Positions 39,817 to 52,382 of a stretch of DNA of 64,000 bases are shown here, one piece after another. This DNA is from Octopus vulgaris (Eukaryota): NCBI GenBank assembly GCA_951406725.2, contig OX597817.1:99758001-99822000 (forward strand), written 5' to 3'. The notes beneath the pieces are model-generated. The model saw only the letters and a list, made by a program, of their open reading frames with translations, searched no databases and had not been told where the DNA came from. The position numbers and the translations under genes are program-made. Position 1 is the stretch's first letter; each line of letters starts with the position of its first letter.

Positions 39817-40899
39817 ACACTTAAGTGCAAAATAAAGAAAACAAGGTGCAGAAAGTATTCGAATACTGAAAGTAGAGTAAATAATGTTATGGAAGCTGAA
39901 AAGAACTTCACAAATTGTTGCTCAGAGTTTCACGTAATCGTTCGCCACACAGTCGTGAATACCACAATACAATAGTTCGCAAGTATTTATAGATTACAGC
40001 GGATTAGGCGACTACTTTTCAAGATAACGGGAATATGTTGGATAAAAACGCCTGACCATTGTGGGGGGAAATGCATAAACGTTAAAATGGGTCGAATTAA
40101 ATGATAACTAGGAATTAGATTGCGAAAATTCGTAGGAACGGGTGTAAAAGTGCACATAAGAAAGAACTTATCAGAAACGAGATATTTCAAGTTATTAAGT
40201 TTGAATTAAAACGGAAATAGAATTAAAACTACAATATGGGCAAATGAGTATCACAGGAATAATAAAATAATAGCAAAGTAATTATAAGAATAAATATATA
40301 AATTACAAATGAGCATACTAATACTAAAACGACTTTGGGAGAAAAAAGAAAAGAATAAGGCTAAAAGAAGGAAAGGAGAGAAAAAAGAGACAGAAAAACG
40401 TAGCTAGAGACTGAGACTAAGAGATGTTTATCTGTGTGTGTATATATGTATGATGTACTGTCAATTTAGCTGTCTTTAACTCGAAGTTAATGATAGGGGT
40501 GACAACAAATTGAAAGGGTATAAGAGAAAGGTAAGTCAGATAGAAAGAACAAAGCCCGAACACAGAAAATTAGAAAGTGTATGTGTGTGTGTGTGTGTGT
40601 GTGCGCACACACACACACACACACACACGCACAGAGAGAGAGAGAAACAAAGTCTGATTTTGGTATTCCTTTATTTCCTCCATTACACATGTTTCTGTGT
40701 TCGATGATAAATAATGTCAAATTATAAATGCGATTTGATAAGATCATGTGATCGTACCGAATAATATACGGGTTACACTTTAATATTAATAATAATAATA
40801 ACAATAATAATGATGATGATGATGATAATAATAATGATAATAATGATATATATATATATATATGCATATATACATACGTATATGTACGTACATCTATAC

Positions 40900-40994
<95 letters not shown>

Positions 40995-41020
40995 TAAGTG
41001 GGCACAGGACATTACGGAAC

Positions 41021-41560
41021 GTGTACAACAAAAAATTACAAAGTACGAGTACATGGAATACGAACTATTTTTTCGAACAACGAAAGACACAAATGGAAAA
41101 CAAGACACAGCACAAAGAACGCCCCTTCATCAGTTGTTGGCTGTTTTTCTACTCTCATATTTCGAGTATTTAGCAACAATATACACTTTCGAGAAAACAG
41201 TTGCTCCCGCAAATCAAATTAAATAAAATTTAGGATTTGCGGAGGGTTGAAAGTTGGTAACACAAACAAGACAGTGAAAACAAACAAGAAGGGCCTTTGT
41301 TTTCACTGTCACGTTTGTGTTACCAAATTTGACCCTCCGCAAAAACATCAAATTTTATTTAATTTGCTTTGCGGGAGCAACTGTTTTCTCGAAAGCATAT
41401 ATTGTTAAATAGTCGAAATACGAGAGTAGAAAAACAGCCAACAACTGATGAAGGGTCGTTCTTTGTGTTGTTTGTTTTGTTTTCCATTTGTGTCTTTCGT
41501 TGTTCGAAAAAATAGTTCATATTCCATGTACTCGTACTTCGTAATTTTTTGTTGTACACA
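41021..41560. repeat. ~265-bp-arm inverted repeat between (TA)n-rich runs
   Basis: gtgtacaacaaaaaatt...gacagtgaaaacaaa versus tttgttttcactgtc...aattttttgttgtacac with a ~11-bp spacer. A diverged relative lies at 41655-41950. Confidence 0.9.
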
Positions 41561-42363
41561 TATGCATATATATATATATATATATTAATAAATAAAACAT
41601 ATGCATATATATATACATATACATATATGTACTACCTACCTCTTCATGTATATATGAGTACAGGACACCAAAAAACGTCGAACACAATGAGAAACGAAAA
41701 CATAGACACAAACCCAAGGAACTGGACATTTTTCTTAAACAACAACAAAAAAAAAATAGAGTACAGGACAAATAACACAAGGAAAAAAACCCTTCTTCAG
41801 TCGCCATGGTTTCATCTACTCTACGTTTCGAAGGTGAAGGCGAGACGTATCTTCGATAGAAACTTTCCTTCCTGCGAAAAGCAAATCAAATAAAATTTTA
41901 GATCTTTTTGCAGAGGGGTAAAAATGGTAACAAAAATAGGACAGTAACGACAGTACAAAATATAAGCAGTAAAAGACAGGACAAGGAAAATAACAAGACA
42001 AGAAGAGCTGTTAAGCCGAACGAGATAAAATATTACGAACGCTATTTATGTGGACGGCGAAGGGGGCAAAGAAAATTGCCGTCCACACCTCAAGAAGGTC
42101 AGGCGAGAAAGCTTTCATTCTTTGATTTCCTTTTCTTCCACTTAACTGTCTCTCCCTCTCTCTCATTCTTCATTCTTTCTGGTTTCCTCCCAACCATTCC
42201 CCTTTCTTCTCTCCCTTTCTCTTACTCCTCCTCCTCCCTCCCGCCGTTAACCCGCGACGAGAGCCTTGCCACCTTCTTTCTCGCCTGACCTTCTTATATA
42301 TATATATACTTATATATAAGTATATAGTAAGTATGTACCTATACGTATGTATATATGCATATA

Positions 42364-43204
42364 TCTATATATATAAAATTCAACTTGTGTGTCTGTGTGT
42401 TTAACTTCCCGGCACATCTCCTAGCCAACAAATCGTAGAACCACAAAAAATGGGTCACTTAAAGTTTAGGCGAATGAAAATTGAACTGCGCTATTTCTGT
42501 TCCGAAATCCATCTCGCAAGTGTAAAAATCGATAATGTGTTTGTTTAGGCCTTATCCCATGCATTTAATAGTAAACTTTACTCAGTCAGCTGTTTGACGT
42601 GAACTGTGTTCACCACGCGTGCAAGCATGCGTAAACTGCATGAAAAATGAAAAATCAATATATAAAAACGAATCGCCGTAAACATTGTAGAAATTCGGCA
42701 AAGAAATGAATTTTCGGGATGTAGCCTGGAGGGTTTTTTCGTATTAATCGTTTTCCTAACATTTTTAACGCTTTGAATTAAATGTGACCATTTTGCGTTG
42801 GTTCTGCAGTTTGAATCACTTTAATCAAATTTTAGCAGGCTGGATTTTTGATCATCAGGATACATCGCCAGCGACTCCCTGAAACTCTCCCCTGAAATCC
42901 CCGTTGAGAAATACTGATCTAAAAGAATAATTCAACAATGCAATTATTTGATCGACAAAAATTTATGAAACGCTTCTACGTACTTCCTATTGAGGAAATG
43001 GAACACATAAGCGCAAAAATAGAGGGCTTGATTTTAAAACCAAAATAATTGAATTTTGATTGAACTTCATCCAAGTTTAGCTTAATTCGCGCGTGCATAG
43101 AACGCACGAGTGCACGTACGTACATTGTGTAAGAAAGTATTGATTTTGCACTCGCAGATTAAACGATTTTCCTCAGTGCGATTAAAGCCGGGCAATACTG
43201 CTAG
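42364..43204 (+). mobile_element. Non-autonomous Helitron
   Basis: A|TCTATATATATAAAA start and gccgggcaatactgCTAG|T end, shared with 6082-6594. Confidence 0.8.
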
Positions 43205-43565
43205 TATATATATATGATCACAACCATATGTGAACGATATGGTGATCACATATTAAGATAAACAGCGCATGACCTTGCAGCTGGGGCCCAGTTAGAATTT
43301 TCTTCAGGTCGAGTAGCTCATCCTGCTCAAAAGGTGCCCGAATAAGGTTTGTTTCAAGGATGATGAACAAAACCCCCATGTTTCCAGCAGTGAACTATTC
43401 AAACCCCAAACTATTCCTCTCAACACATGGCTATGATGCACCCCAACTACGTCTGCTCATGATCAGAGATACATATATCGTCAGCCAGTAAGAGTTAAGG
43501 TAAATAACTAACAAGCAAATCTGTGGTATTGAGCAGAATATTTGTTGTAAGCCCATCCCTTATAC

Positions 43566-43731
43566 CAGTGGTTCCCAACCTTTTCACTACCAAGGACCCC
43601 ATTTATCTAAATGAGTTTTCCCACGGATCACAGAATATTGAAAGGTCTGTCAGCTTAACATATTCGCAGACCCCTCAGTACTACCTTTGCGGACCACCAG
43701 GGGTCCGCGGGCCACAGGTTGGGAACCATTG
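43566..43731. mobile_element. hAT (Charlie-type) MITE
   Basis: TIRs cagtggttcccaacc / ggttgggaaccattg. 8-bp TSD ccttatac / ctttatac. Confidence 0.85.
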
Positions 43732-43841
43732 CTTTATACCAAGACAAAACAATGTATATGAAAACACTTTTAACCAGTTAGGATCAAAAGTCATGACAGT
43801 CACTGCCTGGTACTGCATCAGAGTATTTTGTTGTTGTTGTT

Positions 43842-43949
<108 letters not shown>

Positions 43950-43957
43950 TATATAAA

Positions 43958-44350
43958 AGCGGCGAGCTGGCAGAAACGTTAGCACGTCGGGCGAAATGCG
44001 TAGCCGTAGTTCGTCTGCCGTTAGTTCTGAGTTCAAATTCCGCCGAGGTCGACTTTGCCTTTCATCCTTTCGGGGTCGATTAAATAAGTACCATTTACGC
44101 ACTGGGGTCGATGTAATCGACTTAATCCGTGTGTCTGTCCTTGTTTGTCCCCTCTGTGTTTAGCCCCTTGTAGGTAGTAAAGAAAGAGGTATTTCATCTG
44201 TCTTCATGTTCTGAGTTCAAATTTCGCCGAGGTCGACTTTGCTTTTCACCCTTTCGGGGTCGATAAAATAAGTACCAATGACATACTGAGGTTGATGTAA
44301 TCGACTAGTGCCCTCCCCCATATCTCAGGCTTTATGCCTATAGTAGTAAG
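43958..44350 (+). mobile_element. tRNA-derived SINE with two tandem body units
   Basis: Head gcggcgagctggcagaaacgttagc, and gagttcaaatt..gccgaggtcgactttgc..cctttcggggtcgat twice. Confidence 0.85.
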
Positions 44351-44367
44351 AATTATTACTGTTGTAG

Positions 44368-44481
<114 letters not shown>

Positions 44482-44658
44482 ATATATAAAGGACTGAAGA
44501 TATAGAGTCAAAATTTAAAGAAGAGTGCCATTGTTATCTAGTGAACGATATTTCGATATCTTGTGTGTCTTCAACTGGCTCAAAAAATAAATATGTCAAT
44601 CTACTTCATTTTGGTTAATATATAAAGGAGTGAGGTAACTCCTCCTGAAGGAGATACT

Positions 44659-45247
44659 TGTAAAGAACTTAGTGTGAATATCTTCTCTGGACCTCTTGGG
44701 GGTGCGAGAAACAATCACTTTCCGTTGCTTTAATAATCCAGATTCTCTACCAGTCAGAAACAACAAGACGCAGACGTAAATAATATATATACTTTATTGT
44801 TTTATGGTGAGAGATCAGTGGTATATCTGATATCCTTGGTTCTGGGCGCGCAAGGCTGAAAGTTAATCGATTGTAATATTTACAATGTTCAGCCGCTAAA
44901 AACAGAACGGGTTAAAGATGGCCGCGGAATATGAAGACGATGTTGTCCGCAACAATTTGGTAAAAACCTTCGGCCGACTGCTATCAAAGCTGGACAGCGA
45001 GAAAATATACGTCCGTCACCTTCGGTCGCTGCTGTCTCAAGTCGCCGCTGTCTGCCGGACGCTAATGGTCAACGCTTTACGCTCCCTTGCCTCTTTTTTA
45101 AGGCTCGCGCTCCCTTGCCTCTTTGTTAAGGCTCGCGCTCCCTTCGCCTAAATAAGCTAAGGCCACGTCAGCAAAATTCCCTCTTCCGGACTTCGTGTAT
45201 TCGCGAGAGGGCGTTGCGCGCGCGCGCTGTTGTATAGGATCACTACA
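44659..45247 (-). mobile_element. Solo LTR (589 bp, Gypsy-type)
   Basis: TGTA...TACA ends, 4-bp TSD TACT (44655-58 and 45248-51), AATAAA on minus. Homologous to the LTR at 53103-53644. Confidence 0.85.
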
Positions 45248-45251
45248 TACT

Positions 45252-45492
45252 TGATAAGTGGAATGTGCACCGCTTCTTCAGAGCAGCATACAAGCCCAGC
45301 GGAAATGGGATCGTGGAAAGACATCTTCGAACGATCAAGGCCATGGTGGAGATGGGGCGCATCTCGCCGCTGGAAGCAGTGTTCTAGTACACTATGCCAC
45401 TCTGATCAGGACAGGCTGAAGTGTCCGTGCCACAGAGCGATGTTCAGATATGAATGGTGGCATCCGAATAAACCAGCAAAATGCCCTGCGGA

Positions 45493-45524
<32 letters not shown>

Positions 45525-46190
45525 AGAGAGAGAGCCTATCTTCGTGGAGGTGGGAGATGAAGTCTGGGTCAAGCTCTCAAAGGCACGCTACACATCTCAG
45601 AGGAAGTGACGGCTGTTGACTCCAAGAATAACGTTTCTGTAGATGGAATGCCGCGTCACGTCTTGGATGTTCGCAGGATTGTCACTTCGTCGGATGGAAG
45701 AGAGGAAGAGAACGACTCTACTTCCCTACGGAAGTCACACCGTCCACCCGGGTGGATGGCAGATTTTGACGTGGAGTAAAGTGAGGAGGTGATCTTTGAA
45801 ATCAGGGGTGTGGATGAGATGAGCCGGAAGGAAAGGGCTGTGGCGTCAACGGTAAAGGGGCTTGACCAGAACAGGAAGGGTGAGAGAGGAAGGGAGGGAA
45901 GGATGGCCAGGGTCATCCTCTTTTGCCTTTGGCACACACGACGAACAGACGTGAGGCGAGCGAGCTGACAGAGATGGGTACTAGCAGCTGCTATCGTTAG
46001 GTGCACGTGTTTTGGATTGAGTACAGCTGGACAACAAAACGACGGGAAGGTAGGCGAATTGTTTCTTATTTCCCCGCATTACAGTTCCCTCGCACGACAA
46101 TGACGTAAAAGGTAGGTGCACTTGTGCAGATTTCAACTTCCACTTCGATAGGAAAATTACGTGAATTTCTTTGTCAAGTGAATATTGACA
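45252..46190 (+). mobile_element. Gypsy-like integrase C-terminal remnant with PPT and probable 3' LTR (from 45809)
   Basis: RTIKAMVE, VGDEVWVK, NNVSVDGMPRHVLDVR..RPPGWMADF*, then aatcagggg|TGT. The LTR right end is uncertain. Confidence 0.65.
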
Positions 46191-46539
46191 TATGTTTTTC
46201 TCTCTGCTGTGCTGAAGCAAATTGCCTTTTAACAGAATTGTTGCGAAATCGAAAAGGAAGAACGGAGAACTTCTTTTGCGTACATCAGAAGACTTTTAGT
46301 CATTTAATGAGAGTAAAAGGACATTATCCAAGATCACATTATTAACTCACCCGATACAAGATGCACCCCTTTCTCTAGCAGTAAATCCTTCAGACGTGGG
46401 AAGCGGTGGTATTTTATAACAAATTGTTTATGATACTTGACAGTTTTAGTTCTTTTCTCAAAGTGGTTCATTAATATAAATATATTCTTTAACCATATAA
46501 CACAAGCCTTCTGTAGTTTTTCATTCTTTTTTTGTCTTT

Positions 46540-47080
<541 letters not shown>

Positions 47081-47143
47081 ATATATATATATATGTATAT
47101 ATATATGTATATATATATACACATACACACATACATATATATA

Positions 47144-47209
<66 letters not shown>

Positions 47210-47398
47210 ACATTTTATAAAGGGCTTAGTAAAATAAATTACTTTGCCACATACTGAACTCATTAGAAATAGCAGCCCCAAAAATTTTTTTAGCCATTTC
47301 TAATACTTAAAGAAAATTTCTCTCAGATAGTGTTTACTCAAAATAACCCACGAAGGTATGGGGGTAAAAACATTAAAAAATCACAAGTGCAAAGATTA

Positions 47399-47460
47399 TT
47401 TGAGAACGTACGTTTCTAGATCAGCCGAATACAATTCGACATTTCTTTTGTCAGCTCAAA
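47399..47460 (-). ncRNA. Hammerhead ribozyme copy with G8A core change
   Basis: tttgag-CTGACAA-stem II-GAAAC-GTAC-GTT-ctcaaa. Confidence 0.7.
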
Positions 47461-48110
47461 ATTTCTTAATTCGGATTTGTAAACACTGAAAGTAGGAGCA
47501 TACCCTTTTGGCGACTTTTCACCTCCGAAGATCCGCTCAAACTAACAGTGCCAACAAATTCAAAATATGCAAGCGAAGAATTACTGCCCTCCCTTTCCAC
47601 CCACGTGTGCTAAACTAGCAAACACCATGTTTTATCGGTGAAAACCGAAGCATTAAACAGAGAGAAATGAATTATAATTTCAACAATTGAGGGTAAAATT
47701 AATTAATTATTAATCAATTTCAATTTTTTTGGGCTGCTATTTCTAATGAGTTCAGTATGTGGCAAAGTAATTTATTTTACTAAGCCCTTTATAAAATGTA
47801 ATATTTTGAATTCGCCTTAAATGGTCCCTTTACATACTGAATACTTGGTGAAATTGATTAATAATTAATTAATTTTACCCTCAATTGTTGAAATTATAAT
47901 TCATTTCTCTCTGTTTAATGCTTCGGTTTTCACCGATAAAACATGGTGTTTGCTAGTTTAGCCCACGTGGGTGGAAAGGGAGGGCAGTAATTCTTCGCTT
48001 GCATATTTTGAATTTGTTGGCACTGTTAGTTTGAGCGGATCTTCGGAGGTGAAAAGTCGCCAAAAGGGTATGCTCCTACTTTCAGTGTTTACAAATCCGA
48101 ATTAAGAAAT

Positions 48111-48172
48111 TTTGAGCTGACGAAAGAAATGTCGAATTGTATTTGGCTGATCTAGAAACGTACGTTCTCAAA
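48111..48172 (+). ncRNA. Type I hammerhead ribozyme with intact core
   Basis: Stem I tttgag/ctcaaa, CTGACGA (48117-23), stem II aga..gtcgaat/atttggc..tct, GAAAC-GTAC-GTT. Predicted cleavage after 48166. Confidence 0.85.
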
Positions 48173-48453
48173 TAATCTTTGCACTTGTGATTTTTTAATG
48201 TTTTTACCCCCATACCTACGTGGGTTATTTTGAGTAAACACTATCTGAGAGAAATTTTCTTTAAGTATTAGAAATGGCTAAAAAAATTTTTTGGGGCTGC
48301 TATTTCTAATGAGTTCAGTATGTGGCAAAGTAATTTATTTTACTAAGCCCTTTATAAAATGTAATATTTTGAATTCGCCTTAAATGGTCCCTTTACATAC
48401 TGAATACTTGGTGAAATTGATTAATAATTAATTAATTTTACCCTCAATTGTTG

Positions 48454-48516
<63 letters not shown>

Positions 48517-48697
48517 TAGATAGATAGATAGATAAAGAAGTAAATATATGGCACAACGAAGTACCGATATTTACTGGAAATAGCGAACGTAATAATACGT
48601 ATTTACTTCTTTGTATATTTCTCCCTCACGGGCTATTCTTTACTGGAAAGCAATACTCTAGTATTGCATTACTAATTTATATATATATATATATATA

Positions 48698-48895
48698 TAA
48701 AGGGAAAGTTTACGAAAATAAACAAAAGACGAATGCAGGTGGAGTACAAACAAACAAATGTATTAGTATAGCGCTCAGGAATAGAAAGAGTCTTTTACGT
48801 TTCGAGCCTACGCTTTTCGACAGAAAGATACATAGAAAAAAACAAGGAGAGAAACCAGGAGAGAAAAAAAAATGCGTGTAGGAGCTAACGATCTA
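48698..48895 (-). mobile_element. Short (TA)n-associated repeat with a variant hammerhead-like motif (48791-48828)
   Basis: First ~100 bp match 3920-4016. Minus strand tcttt-CTGTCGA-aaagc-gtag-gctc-GAAAC-GTA-aaaga. Confidence 0.5.
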
Positions 48896-48933
48896 TCATA
48901 TTATTATTATTATTATTATTATTATTGTTGTTG

Positions 48934-48977
<44 letters not shown>

Positions 48978-49002
48978 GTTATTGTTTTTATTATTATTAT
49001 TA

Positions 49003-49047
<45 letters not shown>

Positions 49048-49130
49048 GGGAATATTACTTCCGAGTACACAAGAAAAAGACATTCAAATTAGATGTACTA
49101 AAATGAACATCTCTCATTGTTTAATTCGTA

Positions 49131-49578
49131 TATATATAAGTAGTTTCAGAGATAGAACCATCTTCAACTCAATCAACACTGAAAGATTTTATACCCGACC
49201 ACTCCATAAAATATAAAATGTTAAATCTTTTTCTAACTATATCTATTCTGAATTCCGTATTTTCCGTTTATAAGACTACACGTGAAGATATAGAGTATAA
49301 TGTAGGTATATAAAAGGTAGGGGTAGTGAAAAATGTTGAGGAACCCAGACCTGAAGATTGAGAGTGTGTCGACCCGATTAAGTATTGAAACTAGATACCT
49401 CGTATCATATCAATACCGACGTACTTTCATGAAACACGTGTAGTCTTATAAACGGAAAACATGGAATTCAGAGTAGATATAGTTAGTATCAGATTTAATA
49501 TTTACTATTTTATGGAGTGGTCGGATATAAAATCTTTCAGTGTTGATTGAGTTGAAGGTGGTTCTGTCTCTAAAACTA

Positions 49579-49590
<12 letters not shown>
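49131..49590. mobile_element. Hammerhead-bearing non-coding element with ~150-bp inverted arms, in (TA)n
   Basis: 49131-49284 and 49435-49590 are diverged reverse complements. Confidence 0.8.
49347..49446 (+). ncRNA. Type I hammerhead ribozyme with intact core and long stem II
   Basis: agac-CTGAAGA-t[tgagagtgtgtcg...cgacgtactttca]t-GAAAC-ACGT-GTA-gtct. Predicted cleavage after 49442. Confidence 0.8.
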
Positions 49591-49635
<45 letters not shown>

Positions 49636-50222
49636 GCACACACTCACATAAATAGACACGCGCGCGTTTTATAGTCCGCTTAGGCTTAATGATGCTAATA
49701 ATTTGGTGTTAGAACTCAATTTGCATATGCTTCAGAAAAAAGCATTTGGCAGTTACAGAGCGTAATAAGAGATAATTTAAATGATTAAGAAACAAGAAAC
49801 TATGAAATGAACTCCATTAGCTAACAGTTGTTTCTGCCGCCAGATGCATTGCATTCATAGTTGAGGGTTTATGTATCACTTCAAAGCTTCGTCGGTTATA
49901 TATGTACATATATACCGTTTAGTATTAACTGTACTAAATGTATATATATGGTACTCAATGCTATGATAGTGTAGGGATATCTTATTTTAGCCGAGTCAGC
50001 TTCTTGTTAGGCAAACAGGGTGTGTGTGTGTGTGTGTGTGTGAACTTACCCAAGTGTAAGTGGGACTGAACCCGGAGCCATGTGGTTGGGAAGCAAGCTT
50101 TTTAACACAGCCACGCCTATTCTTTTTCTTTTATTCTTTTACTTATTTCAGTCATTTGACTGCGGTTATACTGGAACACTACCTTAAAGCCTTTTTAGTC
50201 GCGGAAATCCAGCCCAGGACTT

Positions 50223-50365
50223 ACTAGCGTAACTGTGTGTGGGGGGGAGGTCCGCATCGGGCGGCACTTTTGGGTCTGCTGTAGGCAATATGTGTTTTTT
50301 GAGGGGTTCGGGGGCGGCAAACGGAAGGGCCGCCCCAGGCGGCACACACTCTAGCCCCGCTAGTG
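50223..50365. mobile_element. Small GC-rich MITE-like element
   Basis: Inverted ends actagcg...cgctagt with internal gggcggca-type motifs. Confidence 0.45.
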
Positions 50366-51234
50366 TTTCTACATGGTCGTTATGAAATGTGCCACATAAT
50401 TTTAATATTGAAACAAATGCCGGCGTGTATAATACTTTCTATCTCTCAAGTTTAAACAAGATCCATTTGAAGTGTTACGGTAGTTACCTTCCTTCCTGGT
50501 AGATATATACACAGAATTAAAACAATGAACGTACGAGTTTGCTTTAAAGTTGAGTTAGAAATCTCAGTTGAGCACCCTTCGTTTCATTAAAATTTAAATT
50601 AACACATTTCCAGTAAGCATTCATCCTAATTCTTATCTGGTCGTATCTCATTTTTCACGACAGTTATATCTGTCTCTTAGTTTCATTAACTTTGTAATGT
50701 ATTGGACATCGTTCCATCCACATATGTCACATAATTGTCAAAGATGACAACGTTATTTGTGAACCATCTATTACATTCGTTAGTCATTTGAAGAGTCCGA
50801 TTAATAATCATCACCATCACTTTCAGTATCACTGTCCGATCCTACTCTGTCAAGGAAATCACTTTCACTAAGTTCACTGTCACTAGCAGGGTCAGAATTT
50901 GATGCGCAAGTTTCATCTTAAGTTCTTCCAGAATATCTACCAACTGACGAAGCATCACTTAACCTTCTGTTCACTTCGCTTCAGGATTCCTGCTTCCATT
51001 GTCCATCCATGTCCTTCGTCTAGGCACGGAAGGCTTTGCAATATTCGCGAACTTCTATATCCTGGTCTGGAAGTTGCTTCGCCGAACATGTTGCTCGAGG
51101 TCGTTTCTACATGGGGGTAGTGAAGCAAGATCTTATTGCTTAGATTTTGTGAAATCATCCTTCCCATCGCACTTCGCTCGCAAGGTTGTGAACCGCAATG
51201 TATTCACCTTCTTTTGTCCTTTTGTTACCATACA

Positions 51235-51665
51235 TAGCGCTGGATTAACCATTAAGCAAAATAAGCATGTGCTTAGGGTATCAAGAGAAGGAGGGGGCAC
51301 CACAAATTGTAAATGGTTTACGGCACAAAAGAAATCACTTGCTAAAATAATATTCGGGGTGTCTTAATCTCTACGAAGTATAGATGCAGATGTGTTACCT
51401 AGGATTAATTTTGAGACCTAAGATTAATTTTGAGGATCTGTTCAAAGACTTTGTAATTCTAAAAAGTAGGGGGAAACTTTTTAAATATAAAGTGGAAATA
51501 TACAAAAATAAACATTATTTTCCCTCTTACTGTTTTGTTTTGTTTGAAAAGTAAAAATTTGTTTTATGGTTTGTTAGTATTTATACTTTGAATTACATAA
51601 TCTTCTATGGGGGCACTAAAATCTTTTAAATGCTTAGGGCCTCGATGGGTCTTAATCCGGCCCTG
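51235..51665. mobile_element. hAT-type MITE inserted in the Academ-like ORF
   Basis: TIRs tagcgctggattaa / ttaatccggccctg. 8-bp TSD accataca / gccataca. The ORF reads VLYG across the site. Confidence 0.8.
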
Positions 51666-52382
51666 GCCATACAGCACACATGTGAACCTCTCCAGTTCAT
51701 TCATCACCTCTTCGTCGACTTCCCAAGACTCCCCTAACTTGGAGAACGCTTTCTGGAATGATTCATCTATTTCAACGACTTTCAGTCCCTTCACTTTCCC
51801 CTGCCCTTTGATGGCACTGGTACTATCGCACCCGTTGCAGTCGTGATAACCCAGCAACGCATAACAGAGAACAGGCATGTTAGACATAGCCAGCTTAGTC
51901 ACATCAGTACAGTCGTGCATTGCCCTTTCCAGTTTCAAACCGAATCTGAAGCCCTTCCAGGAATCTAGCATGGTGAAGTAAGATGAAAAATATGTCTGAA
52001 TCGGGACTCCTCGCGCGAATGGATTTGCATCACCGTTTTTTGGTATACATGCAATACGGGATCACACGAGTGTCAGTTTCTTGCTGTGAAGATTCGAGAG
52101 AGTGTATTTCTTGACGACTGGTAAGCTTTTCCTTCACATATCAGTACCATCTCATGTCCAGTGAGAATGTCGGCAGACACCTCACTCCTCCAAGTTGAGA
52201 GCAAAAGCTGAATGAACTGTGCCTTGTTCTCATCATTTGCAAGAAAGACTTTCCAGTTTTTCGGACGCTTTGTTTTCTCACCACTCAGGATGAGTTTGTC
52301 TCCAACACCTCGTTTGTTTCGTTCCACTCCTTTTACAGTCTACCTAGTAAATGTCAGTGCTAAATATGACAGGTGATATGTG

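Larger units (their letters stand above)
47208..48457. mobile_element. Non-coding hammerhead-bearing element: 563-bp unit present as ~1.3 tandem copies (+) and ~0.9 inverted copy (-), inside (TA)n
   Basis: 47723-47894 repeats at 48286-48457 (period 563). 47208-47722 is a near-identical reverse complement of 47849-48363. Confidence 0.85.
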
